64,000 bases of DNA from Escherichia coli (GCF_030384885.1 NZ_CP128613.1); one strand, 5' to 3'. Counted from the first letter of the stretch, positions 32,440 to 43,852 are shown. Notes: a model not told the origin generated them from the letters alone. Made by a program: numbers and translations.

Positions 32440-33099
32440 CTATACGTTTTGCCAGAAGGCCGATAACCGCGGCCAGGTCAGGGACTCCGTTGAGGGCAAC
32501 AGTAATTGCGCCCCAGTTAAGCCCGCGCCGATCCCCACCGAACGCATACCGCTGGCGTTAATGGCGTCAATGCCCGCCTGCGCATCTTCAATGCCGATAC
32601 ATGCCTGCGGCGGCACGCCCAGCCCGGCACAGGCGGCGAGAAAGATTTCCGGGTCCGGTTTCGAGTGTTTAAGTTGGGAAGCGTCCGCGCAGAAGGTGAA
32701 AAACTCGCGCAGCTCCAGCGCCGCTAAAATTGTTGGGGCATTCAGAGAGACGGAGGCCAGCCCTACCGGGATGCCTTGCGCCCGAAGATCTGCCAGCAAA
32801 GGCCGAATTCCCGGCAGAACAGCGTTAACCGTCAGTTCGCGCAGTGAGTGGACGTAGAGCAGATTTTTGCGATACGCCAGTTGCGCCCGCTCTTGCACGT
32901 TAAAGTCGCCCTCTTTGCCCCCGTGTTGCAGAATGCGCCGCAGGGACTCATCGCGGCTGATCCCTTTTAACGTCTCGTTAAATTGCGCATCGATGCTGAT
33001 GCCGATTTCGGCGGCAATCTGCTGCCATGCCTGGAAGTGCAGATGTGCGGTGTCGGTGATCACGCCATCCAGATCGAAAATTACCCCTTGTAGTTTCAT
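32440..33099 (-). CDS. ycjU: Beta-phosphoglucomutase (HAD superfamily)
   Basis: 219-aa ORF with the HAD motif I sequence [10 protein letters not shown]. Recognised as YcjU/PgmB. Confidence 0.94.
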   Translation of the reverse strand: MKLQGVIFDLDGVITDTAHLHFQAWQQIAAEIGISIDAQFNETLKGISRDESLRRILQHGGKEGDFNVQERAQLAYRKNLLYVHSLRELTVNAVLPGIRPLLADLRAQGIPVGLASVSLNAPTILAALELREFFTFCADASQLKHSKPDPEIFLAACAGLGVPPQACIGIEDAQAGIDAINASGMRSVGIGAGLTGAQLLLPSTESLTWPRLSAFWQNV

Positions 33100-35363
33100 T
33101 CATCCTCCTGATGTTTGGTAGCGGTCCCATTGAAGGGCAAAATAAAATCACCCAAACAGAAAACAGATTCTTCAGTCACGGAAATAAGCTGACCGTTCAA
33201 CCGCATTGAAACGGGCGCAGAAGTTCGAATCGCAATACGCTGCGCGTCGAGAGTGACCTGTAATTCGCAGCCCTGCCAGAACAAAGGGAAAGATAACTGT
33301 TGCCACTGCTCAGGTAACGCTGGGTTCAGATGTAATTCGCCGTCGCGCACGCTGACTCCGGCAAAACCCTGAATCGCCCCCAGCCAGATAGCGCCAGTTG
33401 CGGCGGCATGGATACCGTCATCGCAGCTATGCGGATCAGCACCAAGATCGATTTCACTCCCCTCGCGCCAGAACGGGTAACTCTGCGCAAGCAAGCCACA
33501 ACGCGCGGCAACAATGCCGTGGATCGCTTTACTCAATGACGAGTCGTGAATGGTGCGCGGTTCATAAAATTGCAGATTGGCGAGACACGAGGCCGCTGAA
33601 AATTGTTCCGGTAGCATGTAATTGAGCATCACCACATCGGCCTGCTTGAGGATCTGCATCTCGTTCACTTCTGCGCGTGAATAATCCAGCAGAATGGTTT
33701 GTTTACCTGCCGCCGCTTTGTATTTCGCCAGATCTATCGCCGGTTTCGCCATAAACGAATCATCCTGCGGCAAAACGCCGTCGGGCTGAATTTCTGGCAT
33801 CCACAGCTCTTTGAGGAACATGTCGGCACGATGAATAAACGCATCGTCGCTACAGCCAAACTGGCGAGCAATATTCAGTGCCTGTTGGACGTTGTAGCAG
33901 GCCATATAACTTGTGTATGCGTTATTGTTAACGTGTTCGGTATATTCGTCTGGCCCAATAACATCATGAATTTCCAGACGATCGTTAACCCTTACCGCGC
34001 GGCTAATCCAGAACTTTGCGGTCTCCAGCAGTAGCGCCATGCCTTCGTGAGCAATGAAGCTTTCATCCCCCGTTACCTGCCAGTATTGAATAACCGCCCA
34101 GGCGATATCGGCAACCAGATGATGTTCTGCCTGCGCTGAGGCCACTTTTTGCCGCAGCCCAGTACGAATGTTAATGGCGGCAAATTCCGGCGTTTCTTCT
34201 TCGCCGCTACGTGCGCTCTCCCACGGAAACAGCGCGCCCTGCCAGCCATTGCGTCGCGCTTTCTCCTGCGCGCCAGGCAAGTTGTGCCAGCGATAGCGCA
34301 GTAAACTTCGGGCAATCGTCGGTTCGCTAAACAGATGGAACGGCAGCAGAAACACTTCCGTATCCCAGAAAACGTGGCCTTTGTAGCCTTCGCCGGTTAA
34401 GCCTTTCGCCGCAATGCTGCTACGCTCGTCATGGGCGGGCGTCATAATACGCAAATGATAAAGCGCATAGTCTAACGCCCGCTGAGCGTGCGCATCGCAA
34501 CTGTTTACCGTGATACGACGTTTCTGCCACCATTGCAGCCAGTTTTCTGTGGATGCTGCAAGAAGTTGGTCATAACTCTGCTGCGCGCACATTTCGAGCT
34601 GGCGAAGCGACGCACTGCCCCACTCGTCTAAAGCAGCTTGTCGGTCGTCCCGCCAGTCAATCCACACCCGCTTTTGCAAGGTCAGTGTTTCACCTGTGCG
34701 AAGTTGCGCGCTGGTATGTTGCAGCAAACGGCGCTCTTTTGCGGTATAGCACTGCTGAACGTCACCATCCGCCTGACAGTGACAACTGATTGCCACATCA
34801 CTGCGCCCATCCTGGGTGGTATAGATCCCCTGCATCAAATGCTGACCAAACACCCGCACCTGGGTTTCGTCGAGATGCTGGCGACCGTGGTTGGTTTGCG
34901 TGGCATCAATGCCTGTTGAGATCAGCACTGATGCCTCGGCATCCAGCGGGGTAATACTGATTTCCAGCGCGATCAGCGGCAGTTGATCTGTCGAAACAAA
35001 ACGACGGCTTTCAATGGTGAACCCTGCGCCGTCGCTGGTGCGCCAGATAACACTGCGGCGTAATTCTCCACTGGCAAAGTCAAGCTCACGCTGCCACGCT
35101 TCGCGCGATAACGAAAAAATCTCGCCGTTTAGGGTAATTTCCATTCCCACCACGTCTGGCAGATTCACCAGTTCGTTGATTTCTCCTTTACCCGCTCGAT
35201 GATACAGCCCTGCCAGATACATGCCGCGCGTCTGCCGCGTGTAATCTTCTTCATGGCTGGCACGAAGCCCAAGATAGCCGTTCCCCTGCGCCATTAATGA
35301 GGCATATTTATTCAGGGTATGCTGGCTGAAATGGGGTTCCGTTAATGTTACTGGCCTGGTCAT
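33096..35363 (-). CDS. ycjT: Kojibiose phosphorylase (GH65)
   Basis: 755-aa ORF recognised as YcjT. It has 4-nt overlaps with both ycjU and ycjS. Confidence 0.93.
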   Translation of the reverse strand: MTRPVTLTEPHFSQHTLNKYASLMAQGNGYLGLRASHEEDYTRQTRGMYLAGLYHRAGKGEINELVNLPDVVGMEITLNGEIFSLSREAWQRELDFASGELRRSVIWRTSDGAGFTIESRRFVSTDQLPLIALEISITPLDAEASVLISTGIDATQTNHGRQHLDETQVRVFGQHLMQGIYTTQDGRSDVAISCHCQADGDVQQCYTAKERRLLQHTSAQLRTGETLTLQKRVWIDWRDDRQAALDEWGSASLRQLEMCAQQSYDQLLAASTENWLQWWQKRRITVNSCDAHAQRALDYALYHLRIMTPAHDERSSIAAKGLTGEGYKGHVFWDTEVFLLPFHLFSEPTIARSLLRYRWHNLPGAQEKARRNGWQGALFPWESARSGEEETPEFAAINIRTGLRQKVASAQAEHHLVADIAWAVIQYWQVTGDESFIAHEGMALLLETAKFWISRAVRVNDRLEIHDVIGPDEYTEHVNNNAYTSYMACYNVQQALNIARQFGCSDDAFIHRADMFLKELWMPEIQPDGVLPQDDSFMAKPAIDLAKYKAAAGKQTILLDYSRAEVNEMQILKQADVVMLNYMLPEQFSAASCLANLQFYEPRTIHDSSLSKAIHGIVAARCGLLAQSYPFWREGSEIDLGADPHSCDDGIHAAATGAIWLGAIQGFAGVSVRDGELHLNPALPEQWQQLSFPLFWQGCELQVTLDAQRIAIRTSAPVSMRLNGQLISVTEESVFCLGDFILPFNGTATKHQEDE

Positions 35364-36415
35364 AATTCCACACGCGTCCCTGTTTCTGCGGATTGATACA
35401 GCGCCGCCACCAGTTGCTGGATGATGTACCCTTGCTCGGCGTCGGCAATCATCACTGGCTTGCCCTGTACGTGATTGATAAAGGCTTCCATGCTGCGCAA
35501 ATGACGGTTGTCGTCGGCCAGTTCCCGTTGCATCAGCGTCATTAATTCACCGTTGTTATCGGTATAGATATGCGCCGGAAACAGCGTGGCTCCCGCTTTA
35601 TCACCGCAAAAGCTGACGTTCATAATCGACTGTTCGCGGATGTTGAGTGCAAATGATGTCTCGAGCCAAAGAATGCCGCCGTTATGAAATTCAATGGTGC
35701 CAAACAGCGAATCTTCGACGCTGTAGGCTGCCGGGTCCCACTCGCCAAATTGACCACAGCTCTTTTGCGGGCCGATCTTTTGAAAGCTGTGCGCATTCAC
35801 GCTTTTCACCGCCGGAAAGCCCAGCACATACATCGCGGCATCCAGCATATGAATGCCAATATCGATCAGCGGGCCGCCGCCCTGCAGTTCTTTATTGGTA
35901 AAGACACCCCAACCGGGAACACCGCAGCGACGCAGGGCGCGGGCGGTCGTGACGTAAATCTCACCCAAAACGCCGTTGGTCACCTGTTCACGCAGTTGTT
36001 GCGTATCAAGGGCAAAACGATGGTGAAAGTCGTAGGCCAGCACCTTGCCCTGTTTACGCGCGGTATCACACATCTCCCGCGCCTGTTCCGGCGTCATGGC
36101 GGGCGGTTTCTCGCACATCACATGGCAGCCTGCCTCCAGCGCCATCAGGGTATGCTCGTAATGAAAACGGTTAGGTGAACAGACGCTTACCACGTCAGGT
36201 TTTACCGCCAGCAGCATGGCCTGCGGATCGTCCCACACGGATGCATTCCCGTATTTCTCTGCCAACGCCTGCGCCTGGGAAAGGCGGCTGTCACAGACAG
36301 CCACCAGTTCCAGATCGTTGCGGGTGCAGTAGTACGAAGCATGAACCTTATCCGCCACCTGGCCCGCGCCTATTATCGCGACCCGCAGCGGAGAGCTTGT
36401 CATTGCACTTTTCAC
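35360..36415 (-). CDS. ycjS: Gfo/Idh/MocA-family D-glucoside 3-dehydrogenase YcjS
   Basis: 351-aa ORF with the N-terminal Rossmann motif VAIIGAGQVA. Recognised as YcjS. Confidence 0.92.
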   Translation of the reverse strand: MKSAMTSSPLRVAIIGAGQVADKVHASYYCTRNDLELVAVCDSRLSQAQALAEKYGNASVWDDPQAMLLAVKPDVVSVCSPNRFHYEHTLMALEAGCHVMCEKPPAMTPEQAREMCDTARKQGKVLAYDFHHRFALDTQQLREQVTNGVLGEIYVTTARALRRCGVPGWGVFTNKELQGGGPLIDIGIHMLDAAMYVLGFPAVKSVNAHSFQKIGPQKSCGQFGEWDPAAYSVEDSLFGTIEFHNGGILWLETSFALNIREQSIMNVSFCGDKAGATLFPAHIYTDNNGELMTLMQRELADDNRHLRSMEAFINHVQGKPVMIADAEQGYIIQQLVAALYQSAETGTRVEL

Positions 36416-36424
36416 AAAGACCTC

Positions 36425-37213
36425 TTAGCAGGTGCGCAACCAGGCCAAAGAATCACGGTACGCCTGAGCAGGATCTTCTGCCCGAATGCGCCCTTCATAC
36501 ACCACATAGCCCTGATAGTTATCGGCGCGCAGCTGTTCAAACAGCGCGTGGAAATCGAGGGTGCCGCTGCCCGGCTGGTAGCGATGGTTATCCGCAATAT
36601 GCACATGACCGAGCAGGTCGCGGTTGTCATGCAGCGCCTGCGCCAGGTTATCTTCTTCGATATTCATGTGATAGAAATCGCCGATAATCTGCACATGTTT
36701 AAGATCGTTTTCGACGATGTAACGGCGGGCATCGGCGAGGGTGTTGATCATGTGATCCTGATAACGGTTTAACGGTTCGAGATACACCACCGTTCCGGTA
36801 CGTGCGGCCACCTTTTCCAGGAAACGAAGGGAATCGCTCACCATTTGACGATCGCCGTCCAGGCTGCGCGGCGAGGTCATCGGCGGTAAGCGAAAGGTAA
36901 ACATGCCCCACGCTGCCGGAACGACAATACCTTTGCCGCCCACTTCCGCCAGCGCCTCAAGAATGCGCTCGATCTGCTTTAAACCATTAAGACGACGCTC
37001 TTCGATAAAGTCGCCAATCCAGCCGTCATAGCCGCCGCAGGCGGTGGTCACCGGTAAACCGGTTTCTTTGATCGCTGCTTTGACTTCTTCGATATTGTTG
37101 ACCAGCAGTTTGCCGTCAATTTCAAAACCATCAAATCCCATCTCTTTGATATAACGAAATTTCTCCAGAATATTTTCCGGAAAGAACGCCTGATTCTGTG
37201 TGCCGATTTTCAT
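36425..37213 (-). CDS. ycjR: Xylose-isomerase-like TIM-barrel sugar epimerase YcjR
   Basis: 262-aa ORF, MKIGTQNQAFFPENILEKFRYIKEMGFDGFEI.... Recognised as YcjR. Confidence 0.92.
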   Translation of the reverse strand: MKIGTQNQAFFPENILEKFRYIKEMGFDGFEIDGKLLVNNIEEVKAAIKETGLPVTTACGGYDGWIGDFIEERRLNGLKQIERILEALAEVGGKGIVVPAAWGMFTFRLPPMTSPRSLDGDRQMVSDSLRFLEKVAARTGTVVYLEPLNRYQDHMINTLADARRYIVENDLKHVQIIGDFYHMNIEEDNLAQALHDNRDLLGHVHIADNHRYQPGSGTLDFHALFEQLRADNYQGYVVYEGRIRAEDPAQAYRDSLAWLRTC

Positions 37214-37229
37214 TTTTCCGTCCTTAGAA

Positions 37230-38282
37230 TTAAAAAGTTACGCCCATTTTGATGCTCTGTTCCGGATGCTGGTCGACATACTGCATGTAGCTTTCCGGGC
37301 TGTTAGCAAAGGTCACCACCGGGTCGATTAAATCTTCACAATTGAGATAACCGTTCATCAGCAGTTCCCAGCAGGTTTCTTCAATACGCTTGCGACTCCA
37401 GCGCGGATAATCCGGGTTCGGTTCACTGCACGCACGAGAGAAGACAATTTTGGCGTTGTTGAAATGCGCTTCACGTCCGAGGTTGAAACCTTCGGCAAAT
37501 GGTTTGGCAAATGCGACATACGAGATGGTGCCGCCATAAGCCAGGCCGCGCAGTGCCGATTGCAGCGCGTCGGCGTAGCCGCTGGTTTCGATAATCACAT
37601 CGGCACCCTGCTTGCCGGTCAGCGTTTTAATCTCTTTGCCTACATCTGTGCCAATGGGGTTAAGGCAGAAATCCGCCCCGTGGCGACGGGCAATATCACA
37701 GCGATGAGCGATAGGATCGACACCAATCACCACCGACGCGCCAGCGCGTTTTGCCAGTTGAATGGCAATTTGACCAATCGCGCCAAGCCCTACCACCACC
37801 ACAAAATCGCCCACGCGCACGTTGGCATCGCGCACGCCGCTCATGGCAAACTGCGCCGGGTCGTAACAGACGGCGTTTTTCCACGAGCTACCTTGCGGCA
37901 TCTTGCGCAGTTTGTAGTTATTCACCGCGTTAATGATGACCGTTTCGGAAAGCGGGCCGTAGCCGCATACGCTGTCACCCACCGCGTAGTCGGTAACGTC
38001 GCTGCCGCACTCGATAATGTCGCCAACCACCATGTTGCCAAGCTGGAACTTGCCAAACTCAATGCCGCGCGGCGCATCTGCCGGACGGGGGGTGAACATC
38101 TGCCATTCGCCATTAAAGTCTTCATCGATAAACGGGCTGGCGGCGCGGAAATCGACCACTTCCGTCCCGTGCTTCGGCGCGCCGAACCGCACGCGGATCT
38201 TCACTTCATTGGCTGAAATCGCCCTGTCTTCATACTCCACCAACGCGGCAACGCGCGGTGCTGTGGCTACTAACTTTTTCAT
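37230..38282 (-). CDS. ycjQ: Zinc-type (MDR) sugar dehydrogenase YcjQ
   Basis: 350-aa ORF with the Rossmann motif VVGLGAIG. Recognised as YcjQ. Confidence 0.92.
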   Translation of the reverse strand: MKKLVATAPRVAALVEYEDRAISANEVKIRVRFGAPKHGTEVVDFRAASPFIDEDFNGEWQMFTPRPADAPRGIEFGKFQLGNMVVGDIIECGSDVTDYAVGDSVCGYGPLSETVIINAVNNYKLRKMPQGSSWKNAVCYDPAQFAMSGVRDANVRVGDFVVVVGLGAIGQIAIQLAKRAGASVVIGVDPIAHRCDIARRHGADFCLNPIGTDVGKEIKTLTGKQGADVIIETSGYADALQSALRGLAYGGTISYVAFAKPFAEGFNLGREAHFNNAKIVFSRACSEPNPDYPRWSRKRIEETCWELLMNGYLNCEDLIDPVVTFANSPESYMQYVDQHPEQSIKMGVTF

Positions 38283-38312
38283 GTAAAACTCCTTGTCAAG
38301 AAACTGGCCGCT

Positions 38313-39155
38313 TTAGCCCTTCACGCCACCGGCGGTCAAACCACTCTTAATAAAACGTTCCGAAAGTGCATACATAATCACCACCGGCAATGCGGTCACC
38401 AGCGAGGCCGCCATCATTCGGCCCCAGATGTAATCAGGGGTACTGAACAGCGCGTTCAGGCCTACCGGTAAAGTGAAATTGCTGGCGCTGGAGAGGAAAA
38501 TCGAGGCAAACAGATAGTCGTTCCACGCCACCATAAAGCAGTAGACGAACACGGATATCAGCCCGGACATCGCCAGCGGTACCGTGATGCGGAAGATGAT
38601 TTGCAGCCGGTTGAGGCCATCCATCATCGCCGCTTCTTCGATTTCATCGGGGATGGTGTCGAAGTAGCTTTTCAGCATAAACACGGCGGTAGGCAGGGTT
38701 TGCGTCACCATGGTGATGATCAGCGCCATCTCGGTGTCGTAAACGCCAAGCGCGGTGATGATTTTGAACAGCGGCACCACCAGCAAAATGCCGGAGAACA
38801 TGTACACCGTGTAGAAGCTGGCGTTGATGGTCATTCGCCCTTTAAAGCGCAGGCGGGAAAGCGCGTAAGCCCCGAGAATGCCGAGAAATACTGCTATCAC
38901 GGATGAAACTACCGACACCACCATGCTGTTACGGAAATAATCGACAAACGGGAAAATCACCGGGTTAAAAATGTCGACGTAATACTCCAGCGTCCACTGC
39001 TGTGGCAGCAGCGTAGGATGCAGCGAGATCGCCTCTTTCGCGCTTTTGAACGAGGTCATCAGCATCACAAAAAACGGAAACAACGTGATGATGAGAAACA
39101 GCGCCAGCCCGCAGTAAAAACCGATGCGACTGAGTGTGCGTTTATTTGTTGCCAT
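38313..39155 (-). CDS. ycjP: ABC sugar transporter permease YcjP (MalG/UgpE-like)
   Basis: 280-aa polytopic ORF with the EAA loop IPDEIEEAAMMDGLNRLQIFFRITVP-like sequence. Confidence 0.93.
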   Translation of the reverse strand: MATNKRTLSRIGFYCGLALFLIITLFPFFVMLMTSFKSAKEAISLHPTLLPQQWTLEYYVDIFNPVIFPFVDYFRNSMVVSVVSSVIAVFLGILGAYALSRLRFKGRMTINASFYTVYMFSGILLVVPLFKIITALGVYDTEMALIITMVTQTLPTAVFMLKSYFDTIPDEIEEAAMMDGLNRLQIIFRITVPLAMSGLISVFVYCFMVAWNDYLFASIFLSSASNFTLPVGLNALFSTPDYIWGRMMAASLVTALPVVIMYALSERFIKSGLTAGGVKG

Positions 39156-40022
39156 TGAGGTTCACCCGTTTTCTGGTCAGCAGAATGACAGCGAAAATAA
39201 TGATGAAGAGCACCACCGAGATCGCCGCCGCTTTCCCTAAGTCATTAAAGGCAAAGGCGGTTTTGTAGAGATAGACGCCGAGAATATCGACCTTGGTCGT
39301 CAGCAAATAAACGTCAGCGAACATGTAGAACATCCAGATGGTACGCAGAGTCACCACCGTCGCCAGGACCGGCATAATCGCGGGCAGCGTGACGATGCGA
39401 AACCGTTGCCAGGCATTCGCGCCGTCCATCTCTGCCGCTTCGTACAACGATTTATCAATGGTCTGCAAAATCGCCAGAAACGAGATAAAGGCATACGGGA
39501 GTAGCGCCAGATGGCGAACAGCACCACCAGCACAAAACTACTGCCCGGGTTATCGAACCACAGCGGCGCCTGCTCATAGAGATGCAGAAGATCGACGCCG
39601 AGGTAGTTCACAATGCCGTAGCCGTTGTTGAACATGTATTTCCAGGCGAACACCAGCGAAATGGATGGCGTTACGTAGGAGAGGATCACCAACGAACGCG
39701 CGGTTTTGCGCAGGCGAAACTCGCGGTTGAAAAACATCGCCACCGCCAGCCCGAGCACGGTGCTACCTGCCACCACCAGCGCGGTATACCAGACCGTCAT
39801 CCACAGCGAGTGCCAGAAGCCGGGATCGGAGAGAATACGCACATAGTTGCTCACCCCAACAAACGTTGACTCGATGTTGGGATTGAGCGGCAGACGTAAA
39901 AAACTGATTTCGATATTCGACACCATTGGCCACGCCACCAGACCGCCCAGCAGTAATAAGCTGGGCGCGAGAAGCAGCAGCGCAAAGGGCATATCGGAAC
40001 GACCTGAAAAAAGCCTGTTCAT
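39142..40022 (-). pseudogene. ycjO: ABC sugar transporter permease YcjO (MalF/UgpA-like), split by a 1-bp frameshift
   Basis: Two overlapping minus-strand ORFs in different frames (39351-40022 and 39142-39468) together spell one permease of about 293 aa. The N-terminal part ends ..VLFAIWRY and then becomes nonsense. The other frame continues (F)PYAFISFLAILQTIDKSLYEAAEMDGANAWQRF (EAA loop). The junction is at cgggagtag, 39496-39504. Confidence 0.75.
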
Positions 40023-40042
40023 TGCGGATTCCTGTCCTGGGA

Positions 40043-41335
40043 TTAGTGCTGTTCGATCAGTTCATCCAGCTTTTTCTGGCTCGCTTGCAGCGTGGTTGAG
40101 AGATCGGCTTTCCCCACGGTGACGTTATGCACCATTGAACTCACCACACCAGACCCCGTGACATCGCCCATGCGGGTAAAGTTTTTGTCCCCTACCGCAC
40201 CAAAGACCTGAATGTTTGGCAGTTCGCTAATCAACTGATTCGGCAAGTCTCCCAGCGCCTTAATCACGTCGTTATCTTTCCAGGTGGCAGTCGTCACAAC
40301 CGCTTTGTTAACCGGCAGCGCCGCGCCTGGCGACATCATCACCCAGTCGGCAATGTTGTCCGCCTGCTCCATAAAGGTGACAAATTTTTCTGCCGCTTCC
40401 GTCTCTTCGCTCTTTTGCCCGGCGGTAATGGTCAGCGAGGTCAACATGCCGTAGACCGCCGAGTTTTTCTCGGTTGGCACCACGAAACCGACATTTTTCG
40501 GGTCACCTTCTTTAATCACAGCCGGAAGGATATAGGTGGAGTAAATCGCCATCGGCGCGGTGCCGTTCATAAAGGCGTCTTTCACTTCCATAATGTCGTT
40601 AGAACCCGGCATGGTGTTGGCAGCAAGGTCGCGGTAATAGGTCAGCGCCTGCATCATCTCCGGCGTATCAAGGGTGATTTTGCCTTCGGCGTTAAAAACG
40701 TTGGCCTGATTGGATAACGCAAACTGGGAGAACGATTGTTCCGTCAGTACGCTTTCTGCCGTCGGAAGAGCAATACCGTATTTTTTATTCGCCGGATCGT
40801 TCAGTTTCTGTGCGACATCCAGCAACTGTTGCCAGTTTTTCGGCTCATCCAGCCCGGCTTTTGCCAGCACATCTTTGCGATACCAGATACCGCCAATCCA
40901 TGCGCTGACAGGAACACCAGTCCAGGCGCTACCATCTTCGGTGCGCACAATCCGTAGAACGCCGTCATAAAACGCGCCTTCACCGACATTACTGATGACC
41001 GTAGCAACCGCTTTGCGATCGATAAGCTGTTCTTTGTCCATCACTTTCGCGTAGTCATGGCTGGTTTCGATCACTTCCGGCAGCGAGCCGCTACGGGAAA
41101 GGGTGATGACTTTGGTGTTATAGGCATCTTCTTCCACCGGCACCTGTTTAACAGTGATGCCTGGGTTTTCTTTTTCAAAACGCGCAATTAACTGACTAAT
41201 TACCGCCTGGCGTTCCTGTTCCACCGAAGAATGCATAAACTCGATGGAGACATTCGTTTTATTTTCTTCTTTACAGCCTGAAATCAGGGCGCAGGAAACC
41301 AGTGCTGATAACAGCACGATTTTTGATTTAATCAT
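40043..41335 (-). CDS. ycjN: ABC sugar transporter substrate-binding lipoprotein YcjN
   Basis: 430-aa ORF with a signal peptide and lipobox (LVSCALISGC). Family 1 SBP. Confidence 0.93.
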   Translation of the reverse strand: MIKSKIVLLSALVSCALISGCKEENKTNVSIEFMHSSVEQERQAVISQLIARFEKENPGITVKQVPVEEDAYNTKVITLSRSGSLPEVIETSHDYAKVMDKEQLIDRKAVATVISNVGEGAFYDGVLRIVRTEDGSAWTGVPVSAWIGGIWYRKDVLAKAGLDEPKNWQQLLDVAQKLNDPANKKYGIALPTAESVLTEQSFSQFALSNQANVFNAEGKITLDTPEMMQALTYYRDLAANTMPGSNDIMEVKDAFMNGTAPMAIYSTYILPAVIKEGDPKNVGFVVPTEKNSAVYGMLTSLTITAGQKSEETEAAEKFVTFMEQADNIADWVMMSPGAALPVNKAVVTTATWKDNDVIKALGDLPNQLISELPNIQVFGAVGDKNFTRMGDVTGSGVVSSMVHNVTVGKADLSTTLQASQKKLDELIEQH

Positions 41336-41348
41336 GAGATGTTCCTTT

Positions 41349-43028
41349 TTATTTAATCCACATAACCTGCCAGGGGCGCAGCGTTATTTCATTACCCACT
41401 ATATCAACTTCACTAATCAGATCCCGACCGTGCAGGTCAGTAATATTTATATGCTGAATATTTTCACCGACATTAAACAATCCTGTCAGACAATTACCAT
41501 CCGCGTTGCTTCTTTGAATACGCATTACGGATGAATTAACCGTATCGATGGTAAAATCATTATCTGGATGAAACTCGTTATGACTGCGACGAATTTTAAT
41601 TAGTCGCGACAATTCATGATATACCGCGTGCCTTAACGTCGCTTTATTGTTCAGTTCGGTCGTGATCTCTTCGCTGGTGTATTTTTTACGGTTAATCGCA
41701 CGGTTATATCCCAGTTTTTCGACACCTGCGTAATCATTACGCGAGCCCAGAATACTTTGAATATATATCGCTGGCACACCGGGGAAAATTAACAAAATCG
41801 CATGGGCAAGGATAAACCGGGCACAGCGTTCTTCGTCACTGCAATCGCGATGGCTCAATGCGTCCATGTAGGTCACATTCATTTCATACGGACTGCGCGT
41901 ACCATCGGGATTATTTTTCCAGTTTACTAATGCCCCTTCCTGCTGTAACGCCTCGACTAGCGCTAATATCTCGCTTTCAGGCAACAAGCCTCGCAGTGGG
42001 TTAAGTCCAATACCATCATGAGACGCGAGGAAGTTAAACCAGGTGGTTTTGCTGGAAGGCAACGTCAGACTTTGCGCCCACTGGCACAGCGCCTCGACGT
42101 TCTGTTTTTGCACCGCATGTAACACCAGCGGCGGCAGTGAGAACTGGTACACCATATGCGCTTCGTCATCGCCGTTGCCAAAGTAAGCAATGTTGTCTTT
42201 ATGCGGGACATTGGTCTCAGTAATGATGACTGTCCCCGGCGCGACGCTATCAGTAATGGCGCGTAACAGTTTGATAATTTGATGTGTTTTATCCAGGTGG
42301 ATGCAACTCGTTCCCGGCTCTTTCCACATAAAGCCAACGGCATCCAGACGGACATACTCTGCGCCTTTTTCCAGGTAACACAACAGCACATCTACCATCG
42401 CCAGTAATACATCTGGGCTGCGATAATTGAGGTCAATTTGATCGTCGCTAAAGGTGGTCCATAAATGGCGCGTTGAATGATCGCGCATCTGGAATGGCGT
42501 TAATAACGGTAACGCACGCGGGCGAGTGACGGCGCTGAGATCGGTTTGCGGGTCAACGGCAATAAAAAAATCTTCAAAACCTGGCTGCTGTTGTAAATAG
42601 TTTTTAAACCATTCACTTTTTGCCGACATATGGTTGCAGACAAAATCAAACATTAAATGACTGCATTCACCGAGTTGCTGAATATCCTGCCACTCCCCCG
42701 CTTCACTGGCGACCTGATGATAATCAATTACCGAAAAGCCATCATCAGATGACCATGGATAAAACGGCAACAAATGAACATGTGAAAAAATGCTTTGCAG
42801 CCAGTGATGGTAAAACTGATTAAATGTGGGTAGTGGTTTTAAATCATTACTGTGAAATTGATCGGCATAGGTAATTAACACGACATCACTTTCATCCCAG
42901 TGTTTTTTACGTCGCTGTGTAATTAATCTTTTCGCACTCTCAAGACGCGTTACAAGTTTCTGTAAATGAGTCGCGGTAAATGTTCCACCGTAGATTTCGT
43001 CCAGGTAATCCGTAATTTTCTGTTTCAT
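41349..43028 (-). CDS. ycjM: Glucosylglycerate phosphorylase (GH13_18, sucrose-phosphorylase-like) YcjM
   Basis: Trimmed to ATG 43028 (MKQKITDYLDEIYGGTFTATHLQKL...), 559 aa. Confidence 0.92.
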   Translation of the reverse strand: MKQKITDYLDEIYGGTFTATHLQKLVTRLESAKRLITQRRKKHWDESDVVLITYADQFHSNDLKPLPTFNQFYHHWLQSIFSHVHLLPFYPWSSDDGFSVIDYHQVASEAGEWQDIQQLGECSHLMFDFVCNHMSAKSEWFKNYLQQQPGFEDFFIAVDPQTDLSAVTRPRALPLLTPFQMRDHSTRHLWTTFSDDQIDLNYRSPDVLLAMVDVLLCYLEKGAEYVRLDAVGFMWKEPGTSCIHLDKTHQIIKLLRAITDSVAPGTVIITETNVPHKDNIAYFGNGDDEAHMVYQFSLPPLVLHAVQKQNVEALCQWAQSLTLPSSKTTWFNFLASHDGIGLNPLRGLLPESEILALVEALQQEGALVNWKNNPDGTRSPYEMNVTYMDALSHRDCSDEERCARFILAHAILLIFPGVPAIYIQSILGSRNDYAGVEKLGYNRAINRKKYTSEEITTELNNKATLRHAVYHELSRLIKIRRSHNEFHPDNDFTIDTVNSSVMRIQRSNADGNCLTGLFNVGENIQHINITDLHGRDLISEVDIVGNEITLRPWQVMWIK

Positions 43029-43197
43029 GTTGCCTTTCCGTGGTAGCGGTCCCATGAAACGAGAGACTACTCCGCAGAAAATAAACTGTCAATTGAGCAC
43101 AAGGGTTTTAGTCACGCAGGAAATCATTTTTTACCAGGGAAAAAGCGTATTTGTGAGCTGACGCAAATAATCTATGGGGATGTAAATAAGGTGTGAC

Positions 43198-43225
43198 AGA
43201 AAAAGTAAACGGCGCATAAGCGCCG
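43198..43225 (-). terminator. Intrinsic terminator of the psp operon
   Basis: On the minus strand, stem cggcgc/gcgccg with a 4-nt loop, followed by gtttacttttt, just after the pspE stop. Confidence 0.7.
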
Positions 43226-43241
43226 CTTAGGGGGGATTCTT

Positions 43242-43556
43242 TTAACCTTTGACCTTCGGCATTGCGATGTCTTTCAGGCCGCCAGCGTTCTCAACGTGGG
43301 TATATCCCATCTCGCTAAGGATCTCTTTTGCCTGCCCTGACTGGCGTCCGGCATTGCAATACACTTTCACGGTGTCGTTTTTATCCGGAACGGCGGTGGC
43401 AATGCGCTCTTTCACTTCCTTCAGGGGAATATTGATGGCTCCCTGAACGTGCTCTTGCTGATACTGCTCTGGAACACGAACATCGATCCAGTGTTCAGCG
43501 GCGAAAACGGGCAGTGAAAACACCACTGTCAGAGCAAGTAAGCCTTTTTTAAACAT
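43242..43556 (-). CDS. pspE: Periplasmic rhodanese (thiosulfate sulfurtransferase) PspE
   Basis: 104-aa ORF with a signal peptide and the active-site loop CNAGRQS. Confidence 0.95.
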   Translation of the reverse strand: MFKKGLLALTVVFSLPVFAAEHWIDVRVPEQYQQEHVQGAINIPLKEVKERIATAVPDKNDTVKVYCNAGRQSGQAKEILSEMGYTHVENAGGLKDIAMPKVKG

Positions 43557-43630
43557 GTAAGCGTCCTTCTATGGATGAAAATTGCCATCCATAATACGCC
43601 TTAGCTTTAACAATTTTTGCGAAACTCCCC

Positions 43631-43852
43631 TCACCTTTTATAACGCTGCGCCAGTTTATTGGCAGCCCGACTTAACAGCGGTTCCAGCGCCACGGCCAGC
43701 AACATTTTCAGCGGTCGGCGAGCAACTGATTTTATCGCCCAACCAGCTACACCCGCCGGGCCATAGCGCAGTGCGGTAAGAAGTACCAGCTTGCCTGCTA
43801 ATTTGAAACCAGGCTTCACCTTTTGCCCGGCCTGTTGCCAGCGAGTATTCAT
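43631..43852 (-). CDS. pspD: Phage shock protein D
   Basis: Trimmed to ATG 43852 ([21 protein letters not shown]...), 73 aa. Confidence 0.9.
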
